Positions 1 through 9,721 of a DNA stretch of 64,000 nucleotides are shown piece by piece (the stretch's first letter is position 1; each line of letters opens with the position of its first letter). Both the position numbers and the translations under genes were made by a program. The notes under the pieces were generated by a model, which made no database searches, was not told where the DNA came from, and saw nothing but the letters and a program-made list of their open reading frames with translations. The stretch is taken from positions 766,575-830,574 of the forward strand of contig JAYQJW010000002.1 in assembly GCA_038142325.1 (NCBI GenBank), in the 5' to 3' direction. The DNA comes from Gammaproteobacteria bacterium. GTDB lineage: Bacteria > Pseudomonadota > Gammaproteobacteria > GCA-002705445 > GCA-002716945.

Positions 1-1375
1 TCACTCTGGCCCTTTTCAACACTAGGATGGAAAGATGATGATAGTGTGTTTGAAAAATATTTTCCTACAAACCTTTTAGTAACAGGTTTTGATATCATTT
101 TCTTTTGGGTTGCAAGAATGATAATGATGAGCATAAAGTTTACGGATAATATTCCATTTAATAAGGTTTATATTCATGGATTAGTCAGAGATTCAGAAGG
201 TAAAAAAATGTCTAAATCAATTGGTAATGTAATAGATCCCTTAGATGTGATTGATGGTATTTCTCTTGATAAACTTCTTGAAAAAAGGACAGCTAGTTTA
301 CTCAATGAAAAGCAAAAAGCAGATGTAATAAAAAAAACTAAAAGAGATTTTCCCTCTGGAATAAGGGAATATGGTGCTGATGCATTGAGATTTAATTTTT
401 GCGCTATGGCTTCTACTGGTAGGGATATAAACTTCGATTTAAATAGAATAGAAGGGTACAGGAATTTTTGTAATAAAATTTGGAATGCTTCAAGATATAT
501 TCTCATGTCTTGTGAAGGTTTTAATTACCAAGAAAAAATTAATCCCAACGACTCTAGTATCTTTGATAAATGGATTTTATACAGCCTAGATAATGTTGTG
601 AGTGACTTTAAAAAATATACAACAACTTATAGATTTGATTTAATGGCTAATGGTATCTACGATTTTGTTTGGAATGAATATTGTGACTGGTATCTTGAAA
701 TTTCTAAACATAATATGAATGATGTAACAAAAAATCATCTTATTTTTTCAATATTAAGAATTATAAAATTATGTCATCCAATTATACCTTTTATAACAGA
801 AAGTATTTGGAAAGAGTTTTATAAATGTAAATTTGTATCTGAGAAAATGCTCATTAATAGTAGCTTTCCATCTCAAATAAGAATTTCTAAAGAAGATGAT
901 GTTGAGGCTAGAGTAAATCGTATCAAGAGAAATAATAAAAAAAATTAGAAAAACAAGAACAGAGTTAGGTATACATCCTAAACAAATCATTAGTATAAAT
1001 GTACATATTAAAAAATCAGAAATAAAAAATGATGTTACAGAACATCAAAGCCTAATTGAGTCGATGACTAATACAAATATTGATATCACAGCTGAGCAAT
1101 CAGATGTAAATGAATATATTGATTTAATCGATGATAACTATACTCTATATTTAAAAATTAGAAATTTAATTAATGTTCAGGAAGAAATGAAGAGAATAGA
1201 TAAAAAGCTAATAGAGCTCGAAGCAATCGTTACAAAGATAAATTCTAAGCTGAATAATAAGAGTTTTATAGAAAAAGCTCCAAGTGAAATAATAAATCAG
1301 AATATTTCTAACAAAAGCAAGATTGAGAACGACATATTATCTCTTAATAATCTTCGTAAAACTTTATCTAATTAA
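1..1375 (+). CDS. valS: valine--tRNA ligase, C-terminal ~455 codons (5' end outside window); reading frame broken once
   Basis: Frame 1 from nt 1 reads SLWPFSTLGW..TGFDIIFFWVARMIMM and the KMSKS loop (KMSKSIGNV). ORF 1064-1375 is the ValRS C-terminal coiled coil, and its frame stays open back to nt 917 (..IIKKIRKTRTELGIHPKQ..). Frames 1 and 2 must join within 917-948. Removing one A from the A8 run 937-944 gives ..NNKKIRKTRTELG.. Confidence 0.9.
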
Positions 1376-2500
1376 ACTATATAATCTTTCAAGCGTTAGT
1401 CTAAAACTCGTTAAATCATTTGTGATGTTAATATTTAACTGATTCGTTAATTGCTTATACTCATTGCATTCTGAACCAATAAGAATAATATCCTCTGTCT
1501 TATCTGCATTTTCACGAATATGTTTAATTTCATATATCTTTCTGGCAATATCTCTTGGATTATTTATTGCTAAAACAACTAACTGTGCTCTCACATTTGT
1601 CGCCGCATATGTTATCTCATCATGGGGTACTCCATTACCAATATATGTGATATCCCAGCCAACATTCTGTGCAACAATCAAATGCATTATTGTGTCTAAT
1701 GATTCGTGTTCAGAGAGTAAAGATGCCAATACTAGGCGTGGGCAGTCCTCTTTAGACGATCTTAATTTTAAATACAAATTATTTAAACAAGTTCTTATGC
1801 TTAATTTGGACATTTTTTCTTGCGCATATCTAATGCTGCCTCTAGAACATTCGTCATTAATATAATTGCTCAATGGTTTTATAAACTCAATTAGAAAATC
1901 ATTAGTGTTTAAAATGGCAACTGCATTAGATAATACATTATCTAATTTCCAGCTATTCATTTCTTTTATACATGAAATTGATTCATCAAATAATTCCATT
2001 ACAGTACCTGTGCTAGGCCTTTTGTAACCAACAGAGAAATTAGATTCATCACCCATTACTAATTCAAACAAATCATCGTATGATAAAGATGCAATATCTC
2101 CAATGCGCCTTCCTGCAGCAATTGCTCTTTTAAGTAATGTTAGCTTGTCGATATCTTTATCTGAGTATAACCTTCTGTTTGTATCATTACGTTGTGATAC
2201 CACAGCTTGGTATCTCTTCTCCCACACTCTAATTACATCAGAACTTAAACCCGTTCTTCGATTGACAACTTGTATGAGATGTCTAGGTTTTGCAGATAAA
2301 TCTTCTTTCATTTGTGAAATATTCAGGGACATTCCCTTGTTGTTGTTAATTATTGCTTTATCCATAGCTTTTGTCAATCCTTTGTCTATTATTAGACGAA
2401 CAGTATCACTATTTAATCTGTTTGTATATATTTTGTTCATTTTTTTTATTGACATGTCTATATTATTCAGATATTGTCTTAGACAGGATGTAGACAACAC
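1364..2500 (-). CDS. MerR-family transcriptional regulator with C-terminal cobalamin (B12)-binding-like domain (CarH/LitR-like); start codon uncertain
   Basis: It has a MerR HTH (RHLIQVVNRRTGLSSDVIRVWEKRY..RRLYSDKDIDKLTLLKRAIAAGRRIGDIA). The C-terminal ~130 aa resemble a Rossmann B12-binding domain (LVLASLLSEHESLDTIMHLIVAQNVGWDITYIGNGVPHDEI..AQLVVLA) with the candidate axial His retained. The listed start at 2500 is a GTG only 24 nt from the dinB hairpin; in-frame ATGs at 2455, 2440, 2332 and 2311 are alternatives. The stop overlaps the convergent valS stop by 12 nt. Confidence 0.6.
   Translation of the reverse strand: MLSTSCLRQYLNNIDMSIKKMNKIYTNRLNSDTVRLIIDKGLTKAMDKAIINNNKGMSLNISQMKEDLSAKPRHLIQVVNRRTGLSSDVIRVWEKRYQAVVSQRNDTNRRLYSDKDIDKLTLLKRAIAAGRRIGDIASLSYDDLFELVMGDESNFSVGYKRPSTGTVMELFDESISCIKEMNSWKLDNVLSNAVAILNTNDFLIEFIKPLSNYINDECSRGSIRYAQEKMSKLSIRTCLNNLYLKLRSSKEDCPRLVLASLLSEHESLDTIMHLIVAQNVGWDITYIGNGVPHDEITYAATNVRAQLVVLAINNPRDIARKIYEIKHIRENADKTEDIILIGSECNEYKQLTNQLNINITNDLTSFRLTLERLYSLIR
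2451..2496 (-). promoter_or_regulatory. cluster of TGTCTA/TAGACA half-sites: candidate operator upstream of, or within the 5' end of, the MerR-B12 gene
   Basis: The plus strand shows the palindrome GACATGTC (2451-2458) and the palindrome TGTCT-T-AGACA (2475-2485). TAGACA occurs at 2480-2485 and again at 2491-2496, exactly 11 bp apart, so the minus strand reads TGTCTAcatccTGTCTAagaca. The function is inferred only. Confidence 0.3.
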
Positions 2501-2524
2501 GTCATATCCCCACCCCTTTAATGA

Positions 2525-2556
2525 AAGGCCGAATTTACCCCCTTCGGCCTTTTTTT
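2525..2556. terminator. GC-rich hairpin flanked by an A/T run, located immediately after the dinB stop (bidirectional-type intrinsic terminator)
   Basis: Stem AAGGCCGAA (2525-2533) pairs with TTCGGCCTT (2543-2551) around a 9-nt loop. A T7 run follows on the plus strand (2550-2556) and TTTCATT follows on the minus strand. The dinB TAA (2555-2557) lies inside the T-run. The G+C content is exceptional for this window. Confidence 0.55.
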
Positions 2557-3769
2557 ATACTGATTTTCTGTAGCCGTTAGGACGCCAAGCGGGCGCAATA
2601 ACATCAGTGCTCTCATAAAGGTCAAGTTTTAAACGTGCTAACTCAATAGTATCTTTACCAAATTTTTTATTAATATTGTCTACAACTCTTAAACATTTGT
2701 TTTGATTAGTTGCTCTGTCAAAAAAATCACCTTGTATGTTTTTTTGAACAGGACGTATTGTCGTTACCTGGACTTGATAAATGCCCACATTTTTATCAAG
2801 CATGTTTAAAACATGCTCGCACAATTGAAAGATTTTTCGCTGATCAGATGTAGCATATTCGAGTTTAATCTTTTTTTGAATCCAGCCAGCTTTTATTTTT
2901 ATACCAATCATAAATTTTTTTGATTCATGATTACATTCTCTTAATCGCTTGGATAGTTTTACAGATATTTTTAAAAATATTTTTTTTATCAGATTTCTAT
3001 CCTTTGTATTTGGCATTACAACTTTTCCATGACCTAGGCTTTTTGGATACATTGGATCTAATGTAAGTCCTTCAAAGTCTTCTCCATTTGCCATCAACCA
3101 TATCTTTTTTCCAATATTTCCAAATCTATTCGAAAGTATACTAATAGGTATTTTCTTCATATCGGAACATTTATACACTCCATGTTCATTGAGAAATCTC
3201 GTTATACCCTTGGATACGCCGCATAGTTTGTCAACATCTGCATTGCTTAAATATTGATCACGATTATTTTTATTAATAAAAGTAATACCATCAGGTTTGT
3301 TAACTTTGGAGGCAAATTTAGCTAATGATTTGCTATATGAAACTCCTATTGAGCATTTAAGATTTTCAGACGAATATATCAAGTCCTTAACATGATAGAT
3401 GATTGTATCTATATTTTTATATATTCTCATACAGTTTGTTAATTCTAAAAAAGCCTCGTCTACAGAATAAACCTGAATATCAGGAGTGACATTTTTCAAG
3501 ATATTCATGATGTTAGTAGATACAGCAGTATATATATTTGGTCTTGATGGTCGCTGAATTAAATAGGGACAGATTCTTTTTGCTTCATAAAGCCTCATGC
3601 CTGTTTTTACCCCAAAGGCTCTTGCTTCGTAAGATGAAGTGATAACGCATGATCCTTTTATTCCATTAGTTACTGCTATAGGTTTTCCTGCTAGTTCTGG
3701 AAAATCTCTCTGTTCTATGGATGCAAAAAAAGCATTCATATCAACATGAAGATATATTTTTGGATTCAT
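2555..3769 (-). CDS. dinB: DNA polymerase IV (Y-family translesion polymerase)
   Basis: The N-terminus HVDMNAFFASIEQRD and the motif YSVDEAFLEL are Y-family catalytic motifs. The little-finger region is present. It starts 2 nt after the lexA stop. Confidence 0.9.
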   Translation of the reverse strand: MNPKIYLHVDMNAFFASIEQRDFPELAGKPIAVTNGIKGSCVITSSYEARAFGVKTGMRLYEAKRICPYLIQRPSRPNIYTAVSTNIMNILKNVTPDIQVYSVDEAFLELTNCMRIYKNIDTIIYHVKDLIYSSENLKCSIGVSYSKSLAKFASKVNKPDGITFINKNNRDQYLSNADVDKLCGVSKGITRFLNEHGVYKCSDMKKIPISILSNRFGNIGKKIWLMANGEDFEGLTLDPMYPKSLGHGKVVMPNTKDRNLIKKIFLKISVKLSKRLRECNHESKKFMIGIKIKAGWIQKKIKLEYATSDQRKIFQLCEHVLNMLDKNVGIYQVQVTTIRPVQKNIQGDFFDRATNQNKCLRVVDNINKKFGKDTIELARLKLDLYESTDVIAPAWRPNGYRKSV

Positions 3770-3771
3770 GG

Positions 3772-4371
3772 CTAGTAAATTCTTACTTGCCCAATTACAT
3801 GACCTTGTATTGAAATTCTTTCAACAGGATAAATTATTTCTTTAAATTTATTATTAGCAGGAATGAGCTTTATTTCATCAGAATTAATTTTTTCTATATA
3901 TTTTAATGTTACATCTTGATTGTCGATTAAGACGACATGAACCTTTGACTTATGCGTCTTATTACTTTCTTCAATTATTACCCAATCTCCATCATTAATA
4001 CCAGCGTCAATCATAGAATCACCTTTAACTTTTAAAGCATATGATTTTTTATTAGTAAATAAGTACTCGAGCTCAATCTTTTGTTGATCTGTTATTGCTT
4101 CTATTGCCCCACCGGCAGCAATTTTTCCTAAAGATTTTAAAAAAATAGGTTCTTTTTGATGCAGGAGTATCCCTCTATGTTTGTTAGGAATTTTTTTTAA
4201 CTTGTTGGCCTTCTCAAGAGCTTTTACATATCGATGAGCAACACCCTTTGACTTGATACCTATTCCTTTTGCAATATCTGTTAATAGAGGATATCTCCCG
4301 TATTTTTTAGAATACTTAAGTATAAATTCATAAGCCTTTTGTTCTTTTTCAGTTAGTACCTGGTAATTCAT
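3772..4371 (-). CDS. lexA: LexA SOS repressor (S24 autopeptidase)
   Basis: It has an N-terminal winged HTH (LTEKEQKAYEFI..GRYPLLTDIAKGIGIKS), an Ala-Gly cleavage region (LGKIAAGGAIEAI), the catalytic Ser in VKGDSMIDAGI and the Lys in VTLKYIEK. Confidence 0.92.
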   Translation of the reverse strand: MNYQVLTEKEQKAYEFILKYSKKYGRYPLLTDIAKGIGIKSKGVAHRYVKALEKANKLKKIPNKHRGILLHQKEPIFLKSLGKIAAGGAIEAITDQQKIELEYLFTNKKSYALKVKGDSMIDAGINDGDWVIIEESNKTHKSKVHVVLIDNQDVTLKYIEKINSDEIKLIPANNKFKEIIYPVERISIQGHVIGQVRIY

Positions 4372-4392
4372 AAGTTCTCATTAAGTTCTCAT
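4371..4392 (-). repeat. two tandem 11-bp repeats (minus strand ATGAGAACTTA x2) abutting the lexA ATG; contains GTTC-N7-GTTC
   Basis: The plus strand reads TAAGTTCTCAT at 4371-4381 and again at 4382-4392. GTTC lies at 4374-4377 and 4385-4388, separated by 7 nt. This matches the direct-repeat LexA box known from Alphaproteobacteria (GTTCN7GTTC / GAACN7GAAC). Confidence 0.55.
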
Positions 4393-4421
4393 ATAATACA
4401 TGAACTGCTCGAGCGGAACAA
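4393..4421 (-). promoter_or_regulatory. candidate sigma70 promoter of lexA-dinB
   Basis: The minus strand reads TTGTTC (4421-4416), a 17-nt spacer cgctcgagcagttcatg, then TATTAT (4398-4393). The predicted start falls inside the 11-bp repeats. Two further GTTC motifs overlap the -35 and spacer, at minus-strand 4419-4416 and 4405-4402 (N10). Confidence 0.45.
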
Positions 4422-4430
4422 GATTAAATT

Positions 4431-4784
4431 TTATATAATTCTCAGAATATCTTCAGGAGGACATCCAATAATTGCATTATTATTGTAAACAAGAATTGAT
4501 CGTTGAAGTAATTTAGGATGCTTAACAATAACCTCAAGAATCTCATCTAGAGTAAGATTAAGATTGTCTAAGTTATTTTCTTTATACTCCTTTTCATTAC
4601 TTCTAATAATATCTCTAACCGATAACTCAGATAAATCAAGTATTTGTTTAAGCATGTTTTTAGTGAGTTTATCTTTAAGATAAAGTATTACTTTAGTATT
4701 AATATTTTGGTTTTCAATTATTTCAAGAGCTTTTCTTGATTTACTACATCTAGGGTTGTGATAAAAATTCCTTCTGACATTCAA
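4431..4784 (-). CDS. arsC: ArsC-family (glutaredoxin-type arsenate reductase-like) protein
   Basis: The N-terminal motif FYHNPRCSKSRKALEII matches the ArsC active-site loop (IYHNPxCxxSR). Size is ~117 aa. The start appears to be TTG at 4784. Confidence 0.7.
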   Translation of the reverse strand: MNVRRNFYHNPRCSKSRKALEIIENQNINTKVILYLKDKLTKNMLKQILDLSELSVRDIIRSNEKEYKENNLDNLNLTLDEILEVIVKHPKLLQRSILVYNNNAIIGCPPEDILRII

Positions 4785-4840
4785 TAAGAATAATATTTTC
4801 TAACTAATTCTGCAAAAGTTATCATTAACAGTGTTTTATG

Positions 4841-6385
4841 TCACTCCCACTCAATCGTACCTGGTGGTTTTGAAGTAATGTCATAAACAACTCTAGCTAC
4901 ACCCTCAACTTCGTTAATAATACGAGTTGATATCATGTTCAAAATATTATGTGGGATAATACTGGCAGTTGCTGTCATAAAATCTGTTGTATTAACAGCT
5001 CTGAGAGCGATTACAAATCCATATTGTCTCTTATCACCTACTACTCCAACTGATTTTAATGGTATTAATACTGAGAGAGCTTGATCAACTTTATTATATA
5101 AATTGTTAGAGCGAAGTTCTTCAATAAATATATAATCTACTTCTTGTAATATTTTTATTTTTATATGGTTTACCTCACCAAGTATTCTGACAGCAAGTCC
5201 AGGGCCAGGAAATGGATGTCTTTCAATAAGCTTACTAGGCAAACCTAACTGTTTACCAATTTTCCTAACTTCATCTTTAAAAAGATTTCGAATTGGCTCA
5301 ACTAAATTAAATTTCATATTTTTTGGAAGTCCTCCAACATTATGATGAGACTTGATAACATCAGATTTAGATTTTTTTGATGACGACTCAATAACATCTG
5401 GATAAATGGTGCCCTGTCCTAGATACTTTACATTTTTGATTTTCTTCGCTTCTCTATCAAATATTTCTATAAAGCATTTACCGATAATTTTTCGTTTTTT
5501 TTTCAGGATCATTTACTCCTCTGAGAGATAAGAGAAATTTTCTTGAAGCATCTACCACTTTTAGGTTAATGTTAAGTGCTCTCGTAATATTAATAACCTC
5601 TTCAACTTCATTTTTTCTAAGTAGTCCAGTATTAATAAAGATACAAATTAGATTTTTGCCAATTGCAGTGTTTAGAATTGCAGCAACCACTGAAGAATCT
5701 ACACCGCCAGATAATGCTAGGATAACTTTTTCTTCTCTTACTTCATCTCTTATTTTGTTTATCATATCTTGGCTGATGTTTTTTGGTGTCCATGTCTTTC
5801 TACACCTACATATCTTTGCAAAGTTTTGTAATATTTTTTTTCCAATTTTCGTATGTGTTACTTCAGGATGAAATTGAAGTCCATAAATATGTTTCTGTTC
5901 ATTCTCTAGTGCGGATATTTTTGAATTACTACTATTACCTAATGAAATGAAATTGCTAGGTAATTTCTCTACTTTATCAGCATGACTCATCCATACGTCA
6001 TGTGTATTGTCTTTATCACAACCATCGAATAATTGTGACTTTTTATTTATATTGAATGTTGAATGACCAAACTCTTTTTTTAATGATTTAACTACTTTCC
6101 CACCAAACTCTCTTGCTATAAGTTGCATTCCATAGCATATACCTAATATTGGAATACCAAGTGAAAATATTTTTTTATTTGGTTTCAACATTTTTCTTGT
6201 GTTGACAGAGTTTGGGCCACCACTAAAAATAATACCTTTTGGCGCTAATCTAATAATTTCTGTTATTGAAATATTGTGTGGTTTGACAAGACTATACACT
6301 CCAATCTCTCTAATACGTCGTGCAATCAGTTGAGTGTATTGAGAGCCAAAATCTAAGATTATGATTAAATCTTTAGATGCTTGCA

Positions 6386-6386
<1 letters not shown>
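4841..6386 (-). CDS. guaA: GMP synthase (glutamine-hydrolysing); frame broken once in a T9 run
   Basis: ORF 5478-6386 carries the GATase ([12 protein letters not shown]) and the ATP-PPase P-loop (SGGVDSSV). ORF 4841-5512 is the C-terminal half and ends ..GTIEWE. Shortening T9 (5495-5503) by one base gives the conserved ..DPEKKRKIIG.. The gene ends in TGA. Confidence 0.95.
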
Positions 6387-7884
<1,498 letters not shown>

Positions 7885-7922
7885 TTATACATATAAAATG
7901 CTTTTACTGAAAGTTTTAAAAA

Positions 7923-9260
7923 ATGAAAATATACAATGTATCTGAGCTAAACATTGAGGCCAGAGAGGCGATACTAGCTTCTTTTGAATATCCTGTTTCT
8001 GTAAAAGGAGAAATTACTGATTACAGAGCATCTAGAGGGCATCAATATTTTAAGCTAAGAGACCCTTCAAGCGGTTCAACGGTTAGTTGTGTTATATGGA
8101 AAAGTAGCACTGCCTCATTAGAAGTATCAACTTATATTAATATGGAAGTTATTGTTACAGCTAGAGTAGATTTTTATACTGGATTTGGTCAGTTCCAATT
8201 AAACGTCATGGAAGTATCAGAATATGGTGATGGCTTTCTTAAAAAAGAAATTGAAAGGCTAAAAAAGAAATTATCAGAAGAAGGAGTATTTGATAACAAA
8301 AAAGAAATACCTAAATTTCCGAAAAATGTAGGTATATTGACAGCAAACAATAGTCACGCAATGATGGATGTTTGTTCTAAACTTAATGAAAAATATCCAT
8401 TAGCATGTCTACACGTGTATCCCACATTAGTTCAGGGAAATAATGCTCCAGCAAATCTTATAAAACAAATAAAAAAAATAAATTCGGATCAAGTGGTTGA
8501 TGTAATACTAATCGTTAGAGGTGGAGGATCTCTTCAAGATTTGATGGCATTTAATGATGAATCATTTGTAAGAGAAATATCAAAATCTTCAATACCAACA
8601 ATAACTGGAATTGGTCATGAACCAGATATTACCTTATCAGATTATGCCTCTGATTTGAAGAAAGAAACTCCTACTGCTGCAGCAATAGCAGCTGTTCCAG
8701 ATATTCAGGTCATTAAATCAAACTTACTTCAATTAGATTTGTCACTTGGCAGAGTTATCTCTAAAAAAATTGAGTCTTTGACAGAGAGATTATCTAACCT
8801 TTCATCATTAATTAAAGTTAATGCACCATATAAAAAGGTAATTTCGTTTGCTAGAAACTTCAAACTGTATACTGTGCAATTAAAAAACGCTATGAATTTA
8901 ACTTTAAAGAAGAACCAAGTTGTCTACGATAATGAATTAAATAATCAAACAAAAGCCCTAAAGTATATAAAGGTACAAAATATTAACTCAATGAATAATT
9001 TAAAAATATACAAAAATATGATTTTTAACACTCTATCAAATAGACTAATTCAACTTGAGGAGTTAGTTAAACTAAAATCTCATCATATACAACAAATTAA
9101 TCCTAAGAATATTCTCAAAAAAGGTTATGCAATCATAAGAGATAAACAAGATAAAATTATCAAAAATTCAAAGAATGCCAAACATCATAGATCTCTTACC
9201 ATAGAGATGTTTGATGGACGCATTGAAGTAGAAAGAAAGAAGAAAAAAGGCTTGCTATAG
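7923..9260 (+). CDS. xseA: exodeoxyribonuclease VII large subunit
   Basis: It has an N-terminal OB fold (VSVKGEITDYRASRGHQYFKLRD) and the motifs RGGGSLQDL and GIGHEPD. It is divergent from guaB as in E. coli. Confidence 0.9.
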   Translation: MKIYNVSELNIEAREAILASFEYPVSVKGEITDYRASRGHQYFKLRDPSSGSTVSCVIWKSSTASLEVSTYINMEVIVTARVDFYTGFGQFQLNVMEVSEYGDGFLKKEIERLKKKLSEEGVFDNKKEIPKFPKNVGILTANNSHAMMDVCSKLNEKYPLACLHVYPTLVQGNNAPANLIKQIKKINSDQVVDVILIVRGGGSLQDLMAFNDESFVREISKSSIPTITGIGHEPDITLSDYASDLKKETPTAAAIAAVPDIQVIKSNLLQLDLSLGRVISKKIESLTERLSNLSSLIKVNAPYKKVISFARNFKLYTVQLKNAMNLTLKKNQVVYDNELNNQTKALKYIKVQNINSMNNLKIYKNMIFNTLSNRLIQLEELVKLKSHHIQQINPKNILKKGYAIIRDKQDKIIKNSKNAKHHRSLTIEMFDGRIEVERKKKKGLL

Positions 9261-9292
9261 TAATAAAGTAATTGCAAAATATCTAATCTGAT

Positions 9293-9721
9293 ATGTCATC
9301 TAATCTTGAAAAATATCTCGATTTTAAGCCTTATAAACTAAAGAAAGGTGAGGAGTATATGTCTGCTCCCCAAATTGAACACTTTAAAAATATATTACAT
9401 TCATGGAAGAAAATGCTTATGGTAGAAGCTGAAAAAACAATGGATCATATGAAACAAGATTCATCAAAATTGTCAGATCCCAATGACGCTGCCACACAGG
9501 AAGAAGAATTTAGATTGGAGTTAAGAGCCAGAGATAGAGAGAGGAAGTTAATAACAAAAATTGACCAAGCTCTCAGCAGAATAGATGATGGGTCATATGG
9601 ATATTGTGAAGATACTGGTGAGCCTATAGGTATTAAAAGGTTAGAAGCAAGACCAATCGCTACTTTGTCTATAGAGGCTCAAGAAAGGCACGAGAGGTTG
9701 GAAAAAACTCAAATTGACTAG
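9293..9721 (+). CDS. dksA: DksA-family RNA polymerase-binding factor, zinc-finger cysteines mostly absent (DksA2-like)
   Basis: The coiled-coil tip has the acidic DxxDxA-type motif ([11 protein letters not shown]). The C-terminal [29 protein letters not shown] aligns with E. coli [29 protein letters not shown]. Confidence 0.85.
   Translation: MSSNLEKYLDFKPYKLKKGEEYMSAPQIEHFKNILHSWKKMLMVEAEKTMDHMKQDSSKLSDPNDAATQEEEFRLELRARDRERKLITKIDQALSRIDDGSYGYCEDTGEPIGIKRLEARPIATLSIEAQERHERLEKTQID

Noticed and set aside
2508-2542. Possible G-quadruplex from GGGGTGGGG plus the GGGGG hairpin loop on the minus strand.
   Set aside because: There are only three long G-tracts. One of them is the loop of a stable hairpin, and the fourth tract would be a GG. 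This is insufficient to argue for a G4 without computation or experiment.
1464-2573. Plus-strand ORFs 1464-1865 (133 aa) and 2103-2573 (156 aa), antisense to the MerR-B12 gene. The second one runs through a hairpin whose T7 tract is on the plus strand.
   Set aside because: Both have the Leu/Ser/Phe/Ile-rich composition typical of shadow frames opposite real genes in AT-rich DNA. No motifs are recognisable. The hairpin and T-run lie inside ORF 2103-2573 rather than after it. The same applies to the other antisense ORFs in the track, for example 5569-5871, 16033-16302, 36669-37652 and 43386-43751.
4372-4430. Gammaproteobacterial LexA box (CTGT-N8-ACAG) upstream of lexA.
   Set aside because: Reading both strands of the 59-nt spacer shows no such palindrome. 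Only the central GCTCGAGC palindrome and the GTTC/GAAC repeats are present.
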